From: Moorena sp. SIOASIH
Lineage (GTDB): Bacteria > Cyanobacteriota > Cyanobacteriia > Cyanobacteriales > Coleofasciculaceae
Reading direction: 5' to 3'
Assembly (NCBI RefSeq): GCF_010671925.1
Contig: NZ_JAAHIH010000004.1
Coordinates: 1,043,234-1,075,233, forward strand
Length of the DNA stretch: 32,000 nt
Below are positions 9,673 through 18,217 of the stretch, piece after piece; position 1 is the stretch's first letter; every line of letters starts with the position of its first letter. A program made the position numbers and the translations under genes. The notes under the pieces are model-generated. The model saw only the letters and a program-made list of their open reading frames with translations. It had not been told where the DNA came from and made no database searches.

Positions 9673-9755
9673 CTGATAGCTGATAGCTGATAGCTGATAG
9701 CTGATAGCTGATAGCTGATAGCTGATAGCTGATAGCTGATAGCTGATAGCTTACA
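9611..9755. repeat. Composite STRR element: (CAGCCGT/CAGCTAT)n - CTTATTTTATTCAA - (TAGCTGA)x11 - GCTTAC
   Basis: Direct reading. The architecture matches the TIR-bounded elements at 15020-15197 and 30568-30689. Its left arm supplies the C-terminus and stop of the upstream CDS. Confidence 0.85.
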
Positions 9756-9806
9756 CAAAATATGCCATAGTATCTTTTGTACCAAACTTTAATTAAACCA
9801 ACCCCC

Positions 9807-11015
9807 ATGAGCATCGCCCCCCTAACCTGGCAAGAACTAGAAGCTCTGACGGATTTTAAAATAGATACCGTTAAGGGAGCTACTAACGCTCAATCCTGTT
9901 TGCGCCTATTTGGTTTTAGTGAATCTGATATTCGGGTTACCCTATACCGAGATAACCACGCTTGGTGCCCTTACTGCCAGAAAATTTGGCTATGGTTGGA
10001 AGAAAAACAGATTCCTTATCGTATCAAAAAAGTCACCATGTTTTGTTATGGTAAGAAAGAAAGTTGGTACAAGCATAAAGTGCCATCGGGGATGCTACCA
10101 GCCCTAGAGCTAGATGGTAAATTGATCACGGAAAGTGATGACATTTTAATCGGATTAGAACGGGTTTTTAAACCCTTAGAGCAAAGCATGAAAGACCCCG
10201 CTGTCATAAACCTACGGCAGTTGGAGAGACTTCTGTTTAGAGCCTGGTGTACTTGGCTGTGCTATCCTACACGTTCATCTAAAGAAGAGCAACATCACCA
10301 AGACCAATTTATTAAAGTGGTGGGGATGGTGGAAAATGCCCTCAGTCGCACTCCAGGTCCTTACTTTCTGGATCAGTTCGGTACTGTTGATGTGATTTTC
10401 ATGCCTTATGTCGAACGGATGAATGCCAGTCTTTATTACTACAAAGGCTATTCTCTGAGGGAAGAAAATCCCCGATTGGCAGCTTGGTTTGAGGCCATGG
10501 AAACCCGACCTACCTATCGTGGCACACAGAGCGACTTCCACACCCATGTCCATGATTTGCCTCCCCAGATGGGGGGCTGCTGGCCAAACGATAAACCCCA
10601 GACGTTAGTCAATCAGGCACGGGTGGACAATGGTCCTTGGGAAGGGCTACCGGATGTAACTTACCCAGAACCGGAAACTTCCTGTACTGAAGCTCTCCAA
10701 CGAGTGCTTAAACACCGCACTAATATCATTCGAGTTAACCCCGCCGACGAAACCTTGTTTGATCCAGCCCTGCGTTGTGCCTTGACACACATGATTACGG
10801 GGGAAACCTGTATGCCACCGTTGGGTTCAGATCCTGCTCTTAGATATTTGCGCGACAGAATTAGTGTTCCCCGGGATATGTCTATCTATGCTGCTAAGAG
10901 GCTCAGAGAGTCTCTGGAAAAAACTGCCTCTTTAGTAGGAAATGGTCAAGGTTCTGCTATTCCCATCCGTCACCGACGTGACCAAGATCCAGCTAATTTT
11001 GCCAAGATGATGTAG
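9807..11015 (+). CDS. Glutathione S-transferase family protein with a glutaredoxin-like CPYC motif
   Basis: The ORF track starts at TTG 9777, but ATG 9807 ([12 protein letters not shown]) is more plausible. [19 protein letters not shown] is a thioredoxin-fold GST N-domain, followed by [22 protein letters not shown] (GST G-site-like). Confidence 0.65.
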   Translation: MSIAPLTWQELEALTDFKIDTVKGATNAQSCLRLFGFSESDIRVTLYRDNHAWCPYCQKIWLWLEEKQIPYRIKKVTMFCYGKKESWYKHKVPSGMLPALELDGKLITESDDILIGLERVFKPLEQSMKDPAVINLRQLERLLFRAWCTWLCYPTRSSKEEQHHQDQFIKVVGMVENALSRTPGPYFLDQFGTVDVIFMPYVERMNASLYYYKGYSLREENPRLAAWFEAMETRPTYRGTQSDFHTHVHDLPPQMGGCWPNDKPQTLVNQARVDNGPWEGLPDVTYPEPETSCTEALQRVLKHRTNIIRVNPADETLFDPALRCALTHMITGETCMPPLGSDPALRYLRDRISVPRDMSIYAAKRLRESLEKTASLVGNGQGSAIPIRHRRDQDPANFAKMM

Positions 11016-11078
11016 AGTTGCGATTAGCCCGAAGGGCTACGCTACGCGAACGCACTAACTTTATCCAGCATATTAATC

Positions 11079-11516
11079 GTAGGGTGGGCAGTGCCTAGCA
11101 ACCCGATGGCTAGCTTGGTGAATCTGCCTGATCCACTGCCCACCCTAGATCTACTTGATATCAGTAGGGTGGGCAGTGCTTAGCAACCCGATGGCCAGCT
11201 TGGTGAATCTGCCTAATCCACTGCCCACCCTACATCTTGATATCAGTAGGGTGGGCAGTGCTTAGCAACCCGATGGCCAGCTTGGTGAATCTGCCTAATC
11301 CACTGCCCACCCTACATCTTGATATCAGTAGGGTGGGCAGTGCTTAGCAACCCGATGGCTAGCTTGGTGAATCTGCCTAATCCACTGCCCACCCTACATC
11401 AAGCTCAATACAAATACAGGGTTGTATAGTAAAAAAGTGATTAATCGTAGGGTGGGCAGTGCTTAGCAACCCGATGGCCAGCTTGGTGAATCTGTCTGAT
11501 CCACTGCCCACCCTAC
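11079..11516. repeat. Five copies of a 70-bp palindromic element (15-bp arms GTAGGGTGGGCAGTG / CACTGCCCACCCTAC, about 40-nt loop); copies 2-4 form an exact 82-bp tandem period
   Basis: The copies lie at 11079-11148, 11164-11233, 11246-11315, 11328-11397 and 11447-11516. Their loops differ by only 1-3 SNPs. The 12-bp spacers ATCTTGATATCA are identical. Confidence 0.9.
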
Positions 11517-11553
11517 ATCAACTACATCAATACAAATACAGGGTTTTATAACA

Positions 11554-12537
11554 ATGAAAACTAAATCGATGAATGGGGATAAGTCCCAACGAGCGAACAG
11601 AAAGAATCATCTAGCAAAAGCAGATAGCAAAAAGAAAGATAAGAAAAAACTAAATAAGAAAAAACTAAATAAGAAAAAACTCAAGAAACAAAAGAAGGCC
11701 AATATACCCAATTCAGAACGACGAGTATTCTACCACATTTCTGAGGCAGAAGGTAGCTCTAAACTTCCCAGGAAAATTTATGAAAAGGAGCTTGCCCGTC
11801 TGCAATTGGAACTGGTGAAAATGCAATACTGGACTAAGCATACTGGGACCCGGATTGTGATTGTGTTTGAAGGACGTGATGCAGCGGGTAAGGGGGGCAC
11901 TATTAAACGGATTACCGAACCCCTAAATCCACGTGGCTGCCGAATTGTGGCATTGGGTACACCGAGTGATCGGGAAAAGACCCAATGGTATTTCCAGCGC
12001 TATGTAGCTCATCTGCCCGCAGCTGGTGAAATTGTCTGTTTTGACCGCAGTTGGTACAATCGCGCTGGGGTGGAGCATGTGATGGGTTTTTGTACCGATG
12101 CACAGTATCAGGAATTCATGCAAACCTGCCCACAATTTGAGCGGATGTTGGTCAGATCTGGCATAATTTTGCTGAAGTATTGGTTTTCAGTTAGCGATGA
12201 AGAGCAAGAGCGACGCTTCCAATCTCGCACCACCGATCCCGCTCGTCGCTGGAAGCTCAGCCCGATGGATCTAGAATCTCGCGATCGCTGGGTGGAATAT
12301 TCCCAAGCAAAAGACAACATGTTGGCTCACACCAATATTCCCGAAGCCCCCTGGTTCACGGTGGAAGCTGATGACAAAAAGCGTGCTCGGCTTAATTGCA
12401 TCAGTCATATTCTGAGCAAGATTCCCTACGTTGATATGACACCGGAACCTCTAGAATTACCACCACGCAAAAAGGCTCCCAATAACTATGTGCGCCCACC
12501 TCTCTATGAGCAATTCTTTGTCCCCCAGTTGTATTGA
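11554..12537 (+). CDS. ppk2: Polyphosphate kinase 2 (PPK2 family) with a Lys-rich N-terminal extension
   Basis: FEGRDAAGKGGTIKRI (PPK2 Walker A), FDRSWYNRAGVE and the RW.LSP.D region. The N-terminal KKKLNKKKLNKKKLKK is encoded by a 15-nt tandem repeat at 11641-11685. The true start could be an internal Met. Confidence 0.85.
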   Translation: MKTKSMNGDKSQRANRKNHLAKADSKKKDKKKLNKKKLNKKKLKKQKKANIPNSERRVFYHISEAEGSSKLPRKIYEKELARLQLELVKMQYWTKHTGTRIVIVFEGRDAAGKGGTIKRITEPLNPRGCRIVALGTPSDREKTQWYFQRYVAHLPAAGEIVCFDRSWYNRAGVEHVMGFCTDAQYQEFMQTCPQFERMLVRSGIILLKYWFSVSDEEQERRFQSRTTDPARRWKLSPMDLESRDRWVEYSQAKDNMLAHTNIPEAPWFTVEADDKKRARLNCISHILSKIPYVDMTPEPLELPPRKKAPNNYVRPPLYEQFFVPQLY

Positions 12538-12551
12538 AATTTGGGAACCTC

Positions 12552-13025
12552 CTAAAATTCAGGACTTAGGGGTTTCTTCCTGTATATTATTTCATTATCC
12601 TTTGGCTGATCAAAGAACTGATAACCATTCCGATAAGCTTCTCTAGGGTCAAGTAAATACTGAATCTTTTGTGATGTTTCTTCAATAGCATGTAGAATCC
12701 TGCCAACGATATCAGTTTGCTTAGCTTTAACTAGCAACAAACACTGATTAGGGTAAAAAACAACAATCAGCAAAGTATCTCTAGATTCCATCAATATTTT
12801 TTGGTTGTTTACCAGACTAGGTAAGCGGTTAATAGATTTGTGAAACTCGATTATTTGATCTGCTATTTTTAGAGTTTCAGTTTTATTTAATTCACCTATA
12901 TATTCAGTAATTGGTAACTTTTTATAGAGGATAACTGCACCCACAATGTCATCATGAGCAGCTACTAAATCCCTAACAATGCTATCGTAATCTTTTGTTT
13001 TTTTTGACATATTGATTATGGTCAT
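12552..13025 (-). CDS. Hypothetical protein (possibly a Roadblock/LC7-like fold)
   Basis: A 157-aa ORF with clean coding appearance and no recognisable catalytic motif. The segment DDIVGAVILYKK...LLIVVFYPNQCLLLVKAK faintly resembles Roadblock/MglB-type domains. Confidence 0.4.
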   Translation of the reverse strand: MTIINMSKKTKDYDSIVRDLVAAHDDIVGAVILYKKLPITEYIGELNKTETLKIADQIIEFHKSINRLPSLVNNQKILMESRDTLLIVVFYPNQCLLLVKAKQTDIVGRILHAIEETSQKIQYLLDPREAYRNGYQFFDQPKDNEIIYRKKPLSPEF

Positions 13026-13057
13026 GGGATTAATTTTGATTAAACTACTCTAGCAAA

Positions 13058-13080
13058 GGGAACAGGGAACAGGGAACAGG
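13058..13080. repeat. Heptamer STRR array (GGGAACA) x3
   Basis: Direct reading. Confidence 0.9.
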
Positions 13081-13429
13081 TAGTAGGGAATATAGCATCA
13101 AAATTCTCTCAATTTATACACGGATTGCTATCTTGATAGTCTTGCTCGGTATCCGATCAAACTATGATCACATTATTCCTGAATCAATATGCTTTAGGAT
13201 TCTAATCCTTCGGCTTTGTTTGTCTCTATAAAATTAAACTTATTTGCTTGTAAATCCTGTTATTTATTACCTTCATAACTGGCTGAATCCTATAAATTAA
13301 TGGGTTTGCTTGTATCTACAGAACAGTGTGTTATATCATGTCGAGATAATTACCCTTAATAAAAATCTCCCCCATCTCCCCACACTTCCCACCCTCCCTC
13401 TAATTATGGGTATTTAACCTGACCTGATA

Positions 13430-14977
13430 TTAATTATGTCTTTGCTGATTCCTCAGCGGTGATTGCTTGACATCTGCCTTAAACAAAAAGCCACTGTAGG
13501 CAGTCATACGGTGTTCGTGGAAATCTAGACCCTCAATTTCTGCTTTTTCTGTAACTCTCAGACTTGAGGAAAGTATGCTTTTAACTAATAACCAAGCCAG
13601 CCAGCTCAAGACAACCGTTGACAGATCTACAACAACAATGCCGAGTAGTTGAATAAAAAGCTGCCGGATACTATCTATTCCGCCACCACAGAATAGTCCG
13701 GCTACTGGACCATCACCAATACCATACAAAGCACCAGGTCCTTCACTGAAAAGGCCTAAAGCCAGTGTTCCCCAGACTCCACCGACAAGATGGACAGAAA
13801 TAGCACCTACTGGATCATCAATTTTCATCCTGTCCCAGAAGTCTACTGAAAAGACCACTATTATTCCTGCAAGCAGACCTATGGTGAGAGCACTACCAAT
13901 GGTAACGAATCGACAGGATGCGGTAATGGCTACCAAACCCGACAGTACTCCGTTAATAATCATAGTGGGGTCAGGCTTACTGTCAGGATCCCTTGGGTCA
14001 AACCAGGTAGTTAGAGCTGCGGCAATACCCCCTGCACAAGCTGCTGTATTAGTCGTGAGGACAATATGGCTAATTGCCTTGGGATCTAAATTCGTCGTTC
14101 CGGGATTAAAAATGGTTGAGCCGGGATTAAAACCAAACCAGCCCAGCCATAAAATCAAGCAACCTAGAATCGCAAGGCTGAGATTGTGTCCGGGCAGCCC
14201 ATAGGAGACGCCATCTATATATTTGCCCTTGCGTGGTCCGAGAAGGTAAGCACCTACTAAGGCACAGCAACCCCCTACGGAGTGAACTACAGTTGAACCA
14301 GCAAAGTCCCAAAATTTTAGCCCTTGTAGCCAGCTTCCTCCTAGCCAGCCTCCTCCCCAAATCCAGTGACCTGTGATTGGGTAAATGATGCCCACAAGTA
14401 GAACGCTGAACAGACAAAACGCCGAAAATTTGATGCGCTCAGCCACTGCTCCAGACACAATAGTGGCAGCAGTTCCAGCAAAAACCAGTTGAAAAAAGAA
14501 CTTGGCGTTGAGGGGTATACCAATATCTTTTAGTGAATAGAAAACACCGTTGTAGGCTTCTCCTATGGCTGGACTATTATCTAATCCCGAAAGGAAAAAG
14601 CCATTGAAACCTAAAACAGGGTTTCCATCACCAAACATCACAGCAAAGCCAACTGCCCAGTAAGCGGCTGTAGACAGGGCAAAAACAATCAGGTTTTTAG
14701 TCAAAATGTTGGCGGCGTTCTTTTGTCGGCAAAGACCAACCTCCAACATCCCAAAGCCCGCGTTCATGAAGAATACTAAACAACCAGTGAATATCACCCA
14801 GATAGTATCCACGGCAATTTGGAGAGATTCAAGAGTAGTCTTAAAAGGTGGATTCTGGGCTACTGCTACCTCGGCACACAACAGAATGATTATTGCGATT
14901 GAGGGCAAGCAAACTTTCCAGCTTTGCAGCCTCCAACCACTGGTACACCTTGACCTTTTGCGGTTTTGTTTAGACAT
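13430..14977 (-). CDS. amt: Ammonium transporter (Amt/MEP/Rh family)
   Basis: A 515-aa ORF with a signal-like N-terminus and about 11 TM helices. It carries FQLVFAGTAATIVSGAVAERIKF, the DFAGSTVVHSVGG signature and VHLVGGVWGTLALGLF. Confidence 0.95.
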   Translation of the reverse strand: MSKQNRKRSRCTSGWRLQSWKVCLPSIAIIILLCAEVAVAQNPPFKTTLESLQIAVDTIWVIFTGCLVFFMNAGFGMLEVGLCRQKNAANILTKNLIVFALSTAAYWAVGFAVMFGDGNPVLGFNGFFLSGLDNSPAIGEAYNGVFYSLKDIGIPLNAKFFFQLVFAGTAATIVSGAVAERIKFSAFCLFSVLLVGIIYPITGHWIWGGGWLGGSWLQGLKFWDFAGSTVVHSVGGCCALVGAYLLGPRKGKYIDGVSYGLPGHNLSLAILGCLILWLGWFGFNPGSTIFNPGTTNLDPKAISHIVLTTNTAACAGGIAAALTTWFDPRDPDSKPDPTMIINGVLSGLVAITASCRFVTIGSALTIGLLAGIIVVFSVDFWDRMKIDDPVGAISVHLVGGVWGTLALGLFSEGPGALYGIGDGPVAGLFCGGGIDSIRQLFIQLLGIVVVDLSTVVLSWLAWLLVKSILSSSLRVTEKAEIEGLDFHEHRMTAYSGFLFKADVKQSPLRNQQRHN

Positions 14978-15019
14978 TAGTAATCAAAGGTTTAGTGCTT
15001 AGAATAAAAATCAATACTT

Positions 15020-15197
15020 GTAAGCATTCAGCCGTCAGCCGTCAGCCGTCAGCTTATTTTATTCATCAGCCGTCAGTTTATTTTATTCAAAAGCTGTTTG
15101 GTGTAGCGTGGGCTATGGACATAAACTGTTCCGGTAGCGTGGCTACAGCGCTGATAGCTGATAGCTGATAGCTGATAGCTGATAGCTGAATGCTTAC
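15020..15197. mobile_element. TIR-bounded STRR element (MITE-like), 178 bp
   Basis: Perfect 13-bp terminal inverted repeats, GTAAGCATTCAGC (15020-15032) and GCTGAATGCTTAC (15185-15197). Inside are (CAGCCGT)x3, CTTATTTTATTCA, GTAGCGTGG modules and (GCTGATA)x5. A 122-bp sibling lies at 30568-30689. Confidence 0.75.
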
Positions 15198-15558
15198 CCG
15201 TCAGCTTTCAGCTTTCAGCGTAGACCCCTGAATTAATTAATTTTTTTTGGCCTTGGGCTACTAGTGAAAACTCTTTTAGCGTAGATAAAATTTTGGCGTA
15301 GATAACACCCTAATCTTAAATAAGCATAAGTCCTGAGTGACCATTGACTTGGCTTATCCTTACACTAGTTACCTTGATTCTATGAGTAACTGAATCTATT
15401 TGTTACCTGGGCACTTGACAGTGTTTTTCCAGGAAGCAGTTAAGCACTATCTTACTCTTATAGTAGAGGATATTGTCAATATTGTGTGCTAAGATTAGCC
15501 CTTTTTTTTTTATTCGTCGAAATATATTCATGTTTTTTTACTCTCGTAAAATGTAATT

Positions 15559-15686
15559 ATTCAGCCGTCAGTGGTCAGCGGTCAGCCGTCAGCTGTCAGC
15601 CGTCAGCCGTCAGCTAGCGTGCCCATCGCCCATAAGCTGATAACTGTTCGCGTAGCGTGCGCGTAGCGCATAAGCTGAACGCTTAC
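15559..15686. repeat. Degenerate member of the same STRR element family
   Basis: ATTCAGCCGTCAG...(CAGCCGT/CAGCGGT)n...GTTCGCGTAGCGTGCGCGTAGCGCATAAGCTGAACGCTTAC. The termini resemble the 15020-15197 TIRs with mismatches. Confidence 0.65.
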
Positions 15687-15764
15687 TGAGATGTACCCAG
15701 CGAGGATTGATGATCGTGATTTTTTTTTGCATGATGGAAGTAACTCCTTTTTAGGAGGGAGGAA

Positions 15765-15805
15765 AGCCGCGCTGGTCGTGGTTAACAGGTATAGCCAGCG
15801 CGGCT
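15765..15805. other. GC-rich perfect 11-bp stem-loop (AGCCGCGCTGG / CCAGCGCGGCT, 19-nt loop)
   Basis: Direct reading. On the minus strand the stem is followed by TTTCCTCCC. It could be a terminator-like or RNA structural element inside a 1.4-kb ORF-free region. Confidence 0.3.
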
Positions 15806-15972
15806 ATTAGTATCGGTCGTAACTTTTTATAGTATAGATAACTCCTGGAAAAAATGCAAGGGGTAAATAAAAGTTTTTACATTTATTTACAAATATTAGT
15901 TTTATAAATTTATCTACTAAATTATGTGTAGTTTTTACATTATTTTTAATTGGATAATTTTTTGATATAGCA

Positions 15973-16002
15973 GGGAACAGGGAACAGTAAACAGGGAACA
16001 GG
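15973..16002. repeat. Heptamer STRR array (GGGAACA-type) x4
   Basis: gggaacagggaacagtaaacagggaacagg. Confidence 0.85.
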
Positions 16003-16098
16003 AAAGATAAAAAAAACTGTGTAACTGATAGAATAGCTAAGTTTTTTTTCCTTAAAATTTGATACTACTCAGTTATAAAAAAAACCTCAAACCTTATC

Positions 16099-16354
16099 TC
16101 CCGACTCCCGACTCCCGACTCCCGACTCCCGACTCCCGACTCCCTAATAAAATCCACCTCACCCCATTCAGAAGTATGTAGGGTGGGCAGTGCAAAAGAT
16201 AGATCAGAGCAGGTGGGGATAGGATTAGTAGGCACTGCCCACCCTACTAACTAAAAAAATCCACCTCACCCCATTCAGAAGTATGTAGGGTGGGCAGTGC
16301 AAAAGATAGATAAGAGCAGCTGGGGATAGGATTAGTAGGCACTGCCCACCCTAC
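16099..16354. repeat. Composite repeat: (CTCCCGA)x6-7, then two 107-bp tandem units each holding a 70-bp GTAGGGTGGGCAGTG palindromic element (loop variant B)
   Basis: The heptamers span 16099-16144 and the hairpin elements 16178-16247 and 16285-16354. Both are preceded by AAATCCACCTCACCCCATTCAGAAGTAT. Confidence 0.9.
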
Positions 16355-16436
16355 TAACTACTAACTGATGGGGAGGGGCTGCATCAAGACATAGTAGGGA
16401 TTTTAGCTAAATTTATCAACCATCAGTCAGGTCAGT

Positions 16437-17234
16437 TCAAGCAGTTTCTTCTATAGGAAAACTCTCTCCTTTTAAATAAGAATCAAAGTGCTTCTTGAAG
16501 TAGATACTACTTGTAATATTAGGCTCATCACATTGATCGGGAGTGAATTCATAGATAGGCAATTTTGACCGAACTAGCTCAACTAATTTAGGATTGAGCT
16601 CCTCAAAGGATTCAACTCGGGAAATGGTTGTTTCAAAATGCAATCTAGCTGGATGTCCATAACCCAACTTCATCCATGGCATCCAGGGACAATCTCTAGC
16701 CCATTCCGCACTCGGTGCGCCTTTAAACCCAGGTCGAGAAAAACTAGAGGTGAAATATTCAACTCCCTTGAAAGTCTCTCCAGAACAATAGTCCTTAAAT
16801 TTAGGTTCTTGGGCTAATGGGTGCGGATATTCCAAGGGAATCTTATTTATTCTGGTTATATATCCTTGTCCTTTGGGGATAACTATTTTTCTTTCTCGCA
16901 CTGATCCTTGAACCATTCTGTTAGCGATATGTACCACTGGTAACTTTTGACTATTTTCTTTTGGCTGCCAGTGGGACAAGATTTCCTTAGTCTCTGGGTC
17001 GCAAAATAACCCAATCTCCCTGTTGAGTCGATGTCCTATTTCGCCATACTCAGGATCGGTTTTGAGGAATCCCTTAGTGGCGTTCATGCCGATAATAGAA
17101 AATAATTTCTCCTTCGGTTTACCTGGTGCTTCGACCCACCAGATATCTCCTTCCCAGCTATAGTAAAGCTGTTTACCATGATTCTGTCTGTAGAAAACTA
17201 AGGTGCTATATTCAAAATCTTCTGAATAATCCAT
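16437..17234 (-). CDS. Hypothetical protein, possibly DUF1838 family
   Basis: A 265-aa ORF with good coding appearance. The segment YYSWEGDIWW...LFSIIGMNATKG...LPVVHIANRMVQ resembles what I recall of DUF1838 proteins from cyanobacteria and plants. This was not verified. Confidence 0.4.
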   Translation of the reverse strand: MDYSEDFEYSTLVFYRQNHGKQLYYSWEGDIWWVEAPGKPKEKLFSIIGMNATKGFLKTDPEYGEIGHRLNREIGLFCDPETKEILSHWQPKENSQKLPVVHIANRMVQGSVRERKIVIPKGQGYITRINKIPLEYPHPLAQEPKFKDYCSGETFKGVEYFTSSFSRPGFKGAPSAEWARDCPWMPWMKLGYGHPARLHFETTISRVESFEELNPKLVELVRSKLPIYEFTPDQCDEPNITSSIYFKKHFDSYLKGESFPIEETA

Positions 17235-17467
17235 TATTTAGATCTCCGTCCCAATGCCGCAATTATATAGCGTTTTTCAATTGGGTGAGTTACAGAGTCC
17301 TGGGTTTTAGGGAACAGAGGATCTGGGAATCTGGAATCGGGAACTTCGGATAAAGGAAGATTACGAACAACAGCAGAGGATTTCTTGGTGTGATCTCAAA
17401 TCAGGATTGGGTTTGATGATCTCCCGCGCGTTTGAGATACTTATGAGGTACATTCAATTTTCCCATG

Positions 17468-17655
17468 GGTCACTCCCGACTCCCGACTCCCGACTCCCTA
17501 AAAAAATCCACCTCACCCCATTCAGAAGCTCCCTACTCCCTAAATAAATCCACCTCACCCCATTCAGATGTAGGGTGGGCAGTGCAAAAGATAGATAACA
17601 GCAGCTGGCGATAGGATTAGTAGGCACTGCCCACCCTACTAACTACTAACTAACT
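17468..17655. repeat. Second, same-orientation copy of the composite repeat seen at 16099-16354
   Basis: (CTCCCGA)x3 + AAATCCACCTCACCCCATTCAGA (twice) + palindromic element 17570-17639 + CTAACTACTAACTAACT. Confidence 0.9.
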
Positions 17656-17710
17656 CACCCAATTTAAAAATACTATAATAAACAGAAACTGTGAGTAATC
17701 TCCTTCAACT

Positions 17711-18217
17711 ATGGAACCATTAGCCGCTGCCGTTGTCGCTATTTCTACTGTGCTCGCCACTAAAGCCTTAGAAAAAACTGGGGAAAATGTCGGGCAAGTT
17801 GTTTGGGACCAGACTAGCCAGTTTGTAGAATCCCTGAGAAACCAGTCTCCAGATACAGTAATGGCTATTGAGAAAACCCCAGAGGTACCTCTTAATTATG
17901 CCGACGTGGTATTGGAAGTAGAAGCAGCAGCGAAGCAAAATCCCGAAGTTGCCCAAGCCATGGAGCATTTAGTGGCTACTGTTGATGCTGAAGCTTTGCC
18001 TAACTTAGAGGAAATTCTTGAAAAGATTACCAAAGCCTTGGAATCCCACGAGGCTACTGGTGAGAATTACAACAATGAAAACGTGAAGAACTTTGCCAAA
18101 GGGGATATTATTAATCAACATAATCCTAATTTTGGAGAAAAACAAACTAATATTGGAAATATTGGAGAAAACCAAACTATTCAAAGAGGCGAAAATTTTC
18201 AAAATATTAATATTTGA
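17711..18217 (+). CDS. N-terminal module of the NLR-like locus: alpha-helical domain plus an N/Q/G-rich tail, ending at TGA 18215-18217, which is in frame with the downstream NB-ARC ORF
   Basis: A 168-aa ORF. It opens with a hydrophobic first helix (MEPLAAAVVAISTVLATKALEK), followed by an acidic helical region. The tail GENYNNENVKNF / GDIINQHNPNF / GEKQTNIGNI / GENQTIQR / GENFQNINI forms pseudo-repeats. Confidence 0.6.
   Translation: MEPLAAAVVAISTVLATKALEKTGENVGQVVWDQTSQFVESLRNQSPDTVMAIEKTPEVPLNYADVVLEVEAAAKQNPEVAQAMEHLVATVDAEALPNLEEILEKITKALESHEATGENYNNENVKNFAKGDIINQHNPNFGEKQTNIGNIGENQTIQRGENFQNINI

Noticed and set aside
11079-11516. Regularly spaced palindromic repeats that could be mistaken for a CRISPR array.
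   Set aside because: The 'spacers' are identical 12-bp strings (ATCTTGATATCA), the repeat unit is 70 bp with a 40-nt loop, and there are no cas genes in the window. The same element also occurs singly elsewhere. It is a tandemly duplicated palindromic element rather than a CRISPR.
15386-15399. A possible NtcA-like site (GTA-N8-TAT) upstream of amt.
   Set aside because: It is an imperfect half-site, and in the amt orientation a TAGAAT-like -10 box would lie only about 4 nt away instead of about 22 nt. GTAGCGTGGCTAC at 15133-15145 has N7 spacing and belongs to a repeat module. No credible NtcA promoter can be called by eye.
18215-18217. The in-frame TGA as a selenocysteine codon.
   Set aside because: No convincing SECIS-like hairpin follows immediately; the only pairing is a 4-bp CCTC/GAGG stem. 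The position is a linker rather than a redox active site. Selenoprotein machinery is not a general feature of cyanobacteria. Nonsense mutation, read-through or error are more plausible.
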